A stretch of DNA of 60,339 nt, counting the filler. It is 5 parts of 5 records of this genome, joined end to end, with 100 filler letters (N's around TTAATTAATTAA, not from the genome) between each part and the next. Parts side by side here need not be neighbours in the genome. Positions count along the whole stretch, not along the records: positions 48,662 to 60,339 come from SRR31156797_28686; 4 more parts are not named here. The stretch is one strand, 5' to 3'. Below the pieces are notes generated by a model. That model was not told the DNA's origin and ran no database searches. It worked only from the letters and a program-made list of their open reading frames with translations. Position numbers and translations under genes: made by a program. This document shows, piece after piece, positions 60,265 to 60,339 of the stretch (position 1 is the stretch's first letter; every line of letters starts with the position of its first letter).

Positions 60265-60339
60265 ATGGATTTTAATCTTTCTGATGAACAGGAACTGTTT
60301 GTTGCGGGTGTCCGCGACCTGATGGAAAGCGAAAACTGG
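60265..60339 (+). CDS. caiA: Crotonobetainyl-CoA reductase, 5' end only
   Basis: AAGGAG RBS, then [25 protein letters not shown], nearly the same as the recalled E. coli CaiA N-terminus [25 protein letters not shown]. Not in the ORF track. Confidence 0.9.
   Translation, partial: MDFNLSDEQELFVAGVRDLMESENW

Overview
The window is not one locus. It is five sequence blocks joined by 100-nt artificial spacers (N44-TTAATTAATTAA-N44), and by composition and gene content they come from several organisms. (1) 1-14836, Vibrio-like accessory island. It is bounded by an identical 22-bp direct repeat inside a duplicated 3' part of a DUF3820/YpeB-type gene and has no integrase. It carries a 782-aa orphan membrane protein and four regulator+enzyme modules, with a family of short GGGGCA/TGCCCC hairpins at the module junctions. 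(2) 14937-21548, deltaproteobacterium-like: PlpD-type patatin autotransporter, plus a GntR-like LacI repressor with twin perfect operators over a DHDPS-family aldolase and IlvD/Edd dehydratase operon. (3) 21649-33506, deltaproteobacterium-like: two truncated sensor kinases, a poly-gamma-glutamate hydrolase-family gene, an XDH/MOP-type molybdoenzyme, adenine deaminase, MFS, MBL-fold hydrolase and SugE/Gdx. (4) 33607-48561, Vibrio-like: tad pilus locus, GAF-HD-GYP protein, an AT-rich PAP2 gene, galM and galR with operators. (5) 48662-60339, Desulfovibrionaceae-like: torC-torD under a sigma54 promoter with phased enhancer sites, an FmdE-Moco fusion/sensor kinase/NtrC operon sharing those sites, TetR, MBL hydrolase, and an enterobacterial-type carnitine operon (caiT, start of caiA). 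The best candidates for new biology are the sigma54-controlled TMAO/DMSO-reductase regulon next to the cai operon in block 5, and the integrase-less, hairpin-punctuated island in block 1. Family and taxon calls come from motif recognition and recalled sequences; no searches were run.
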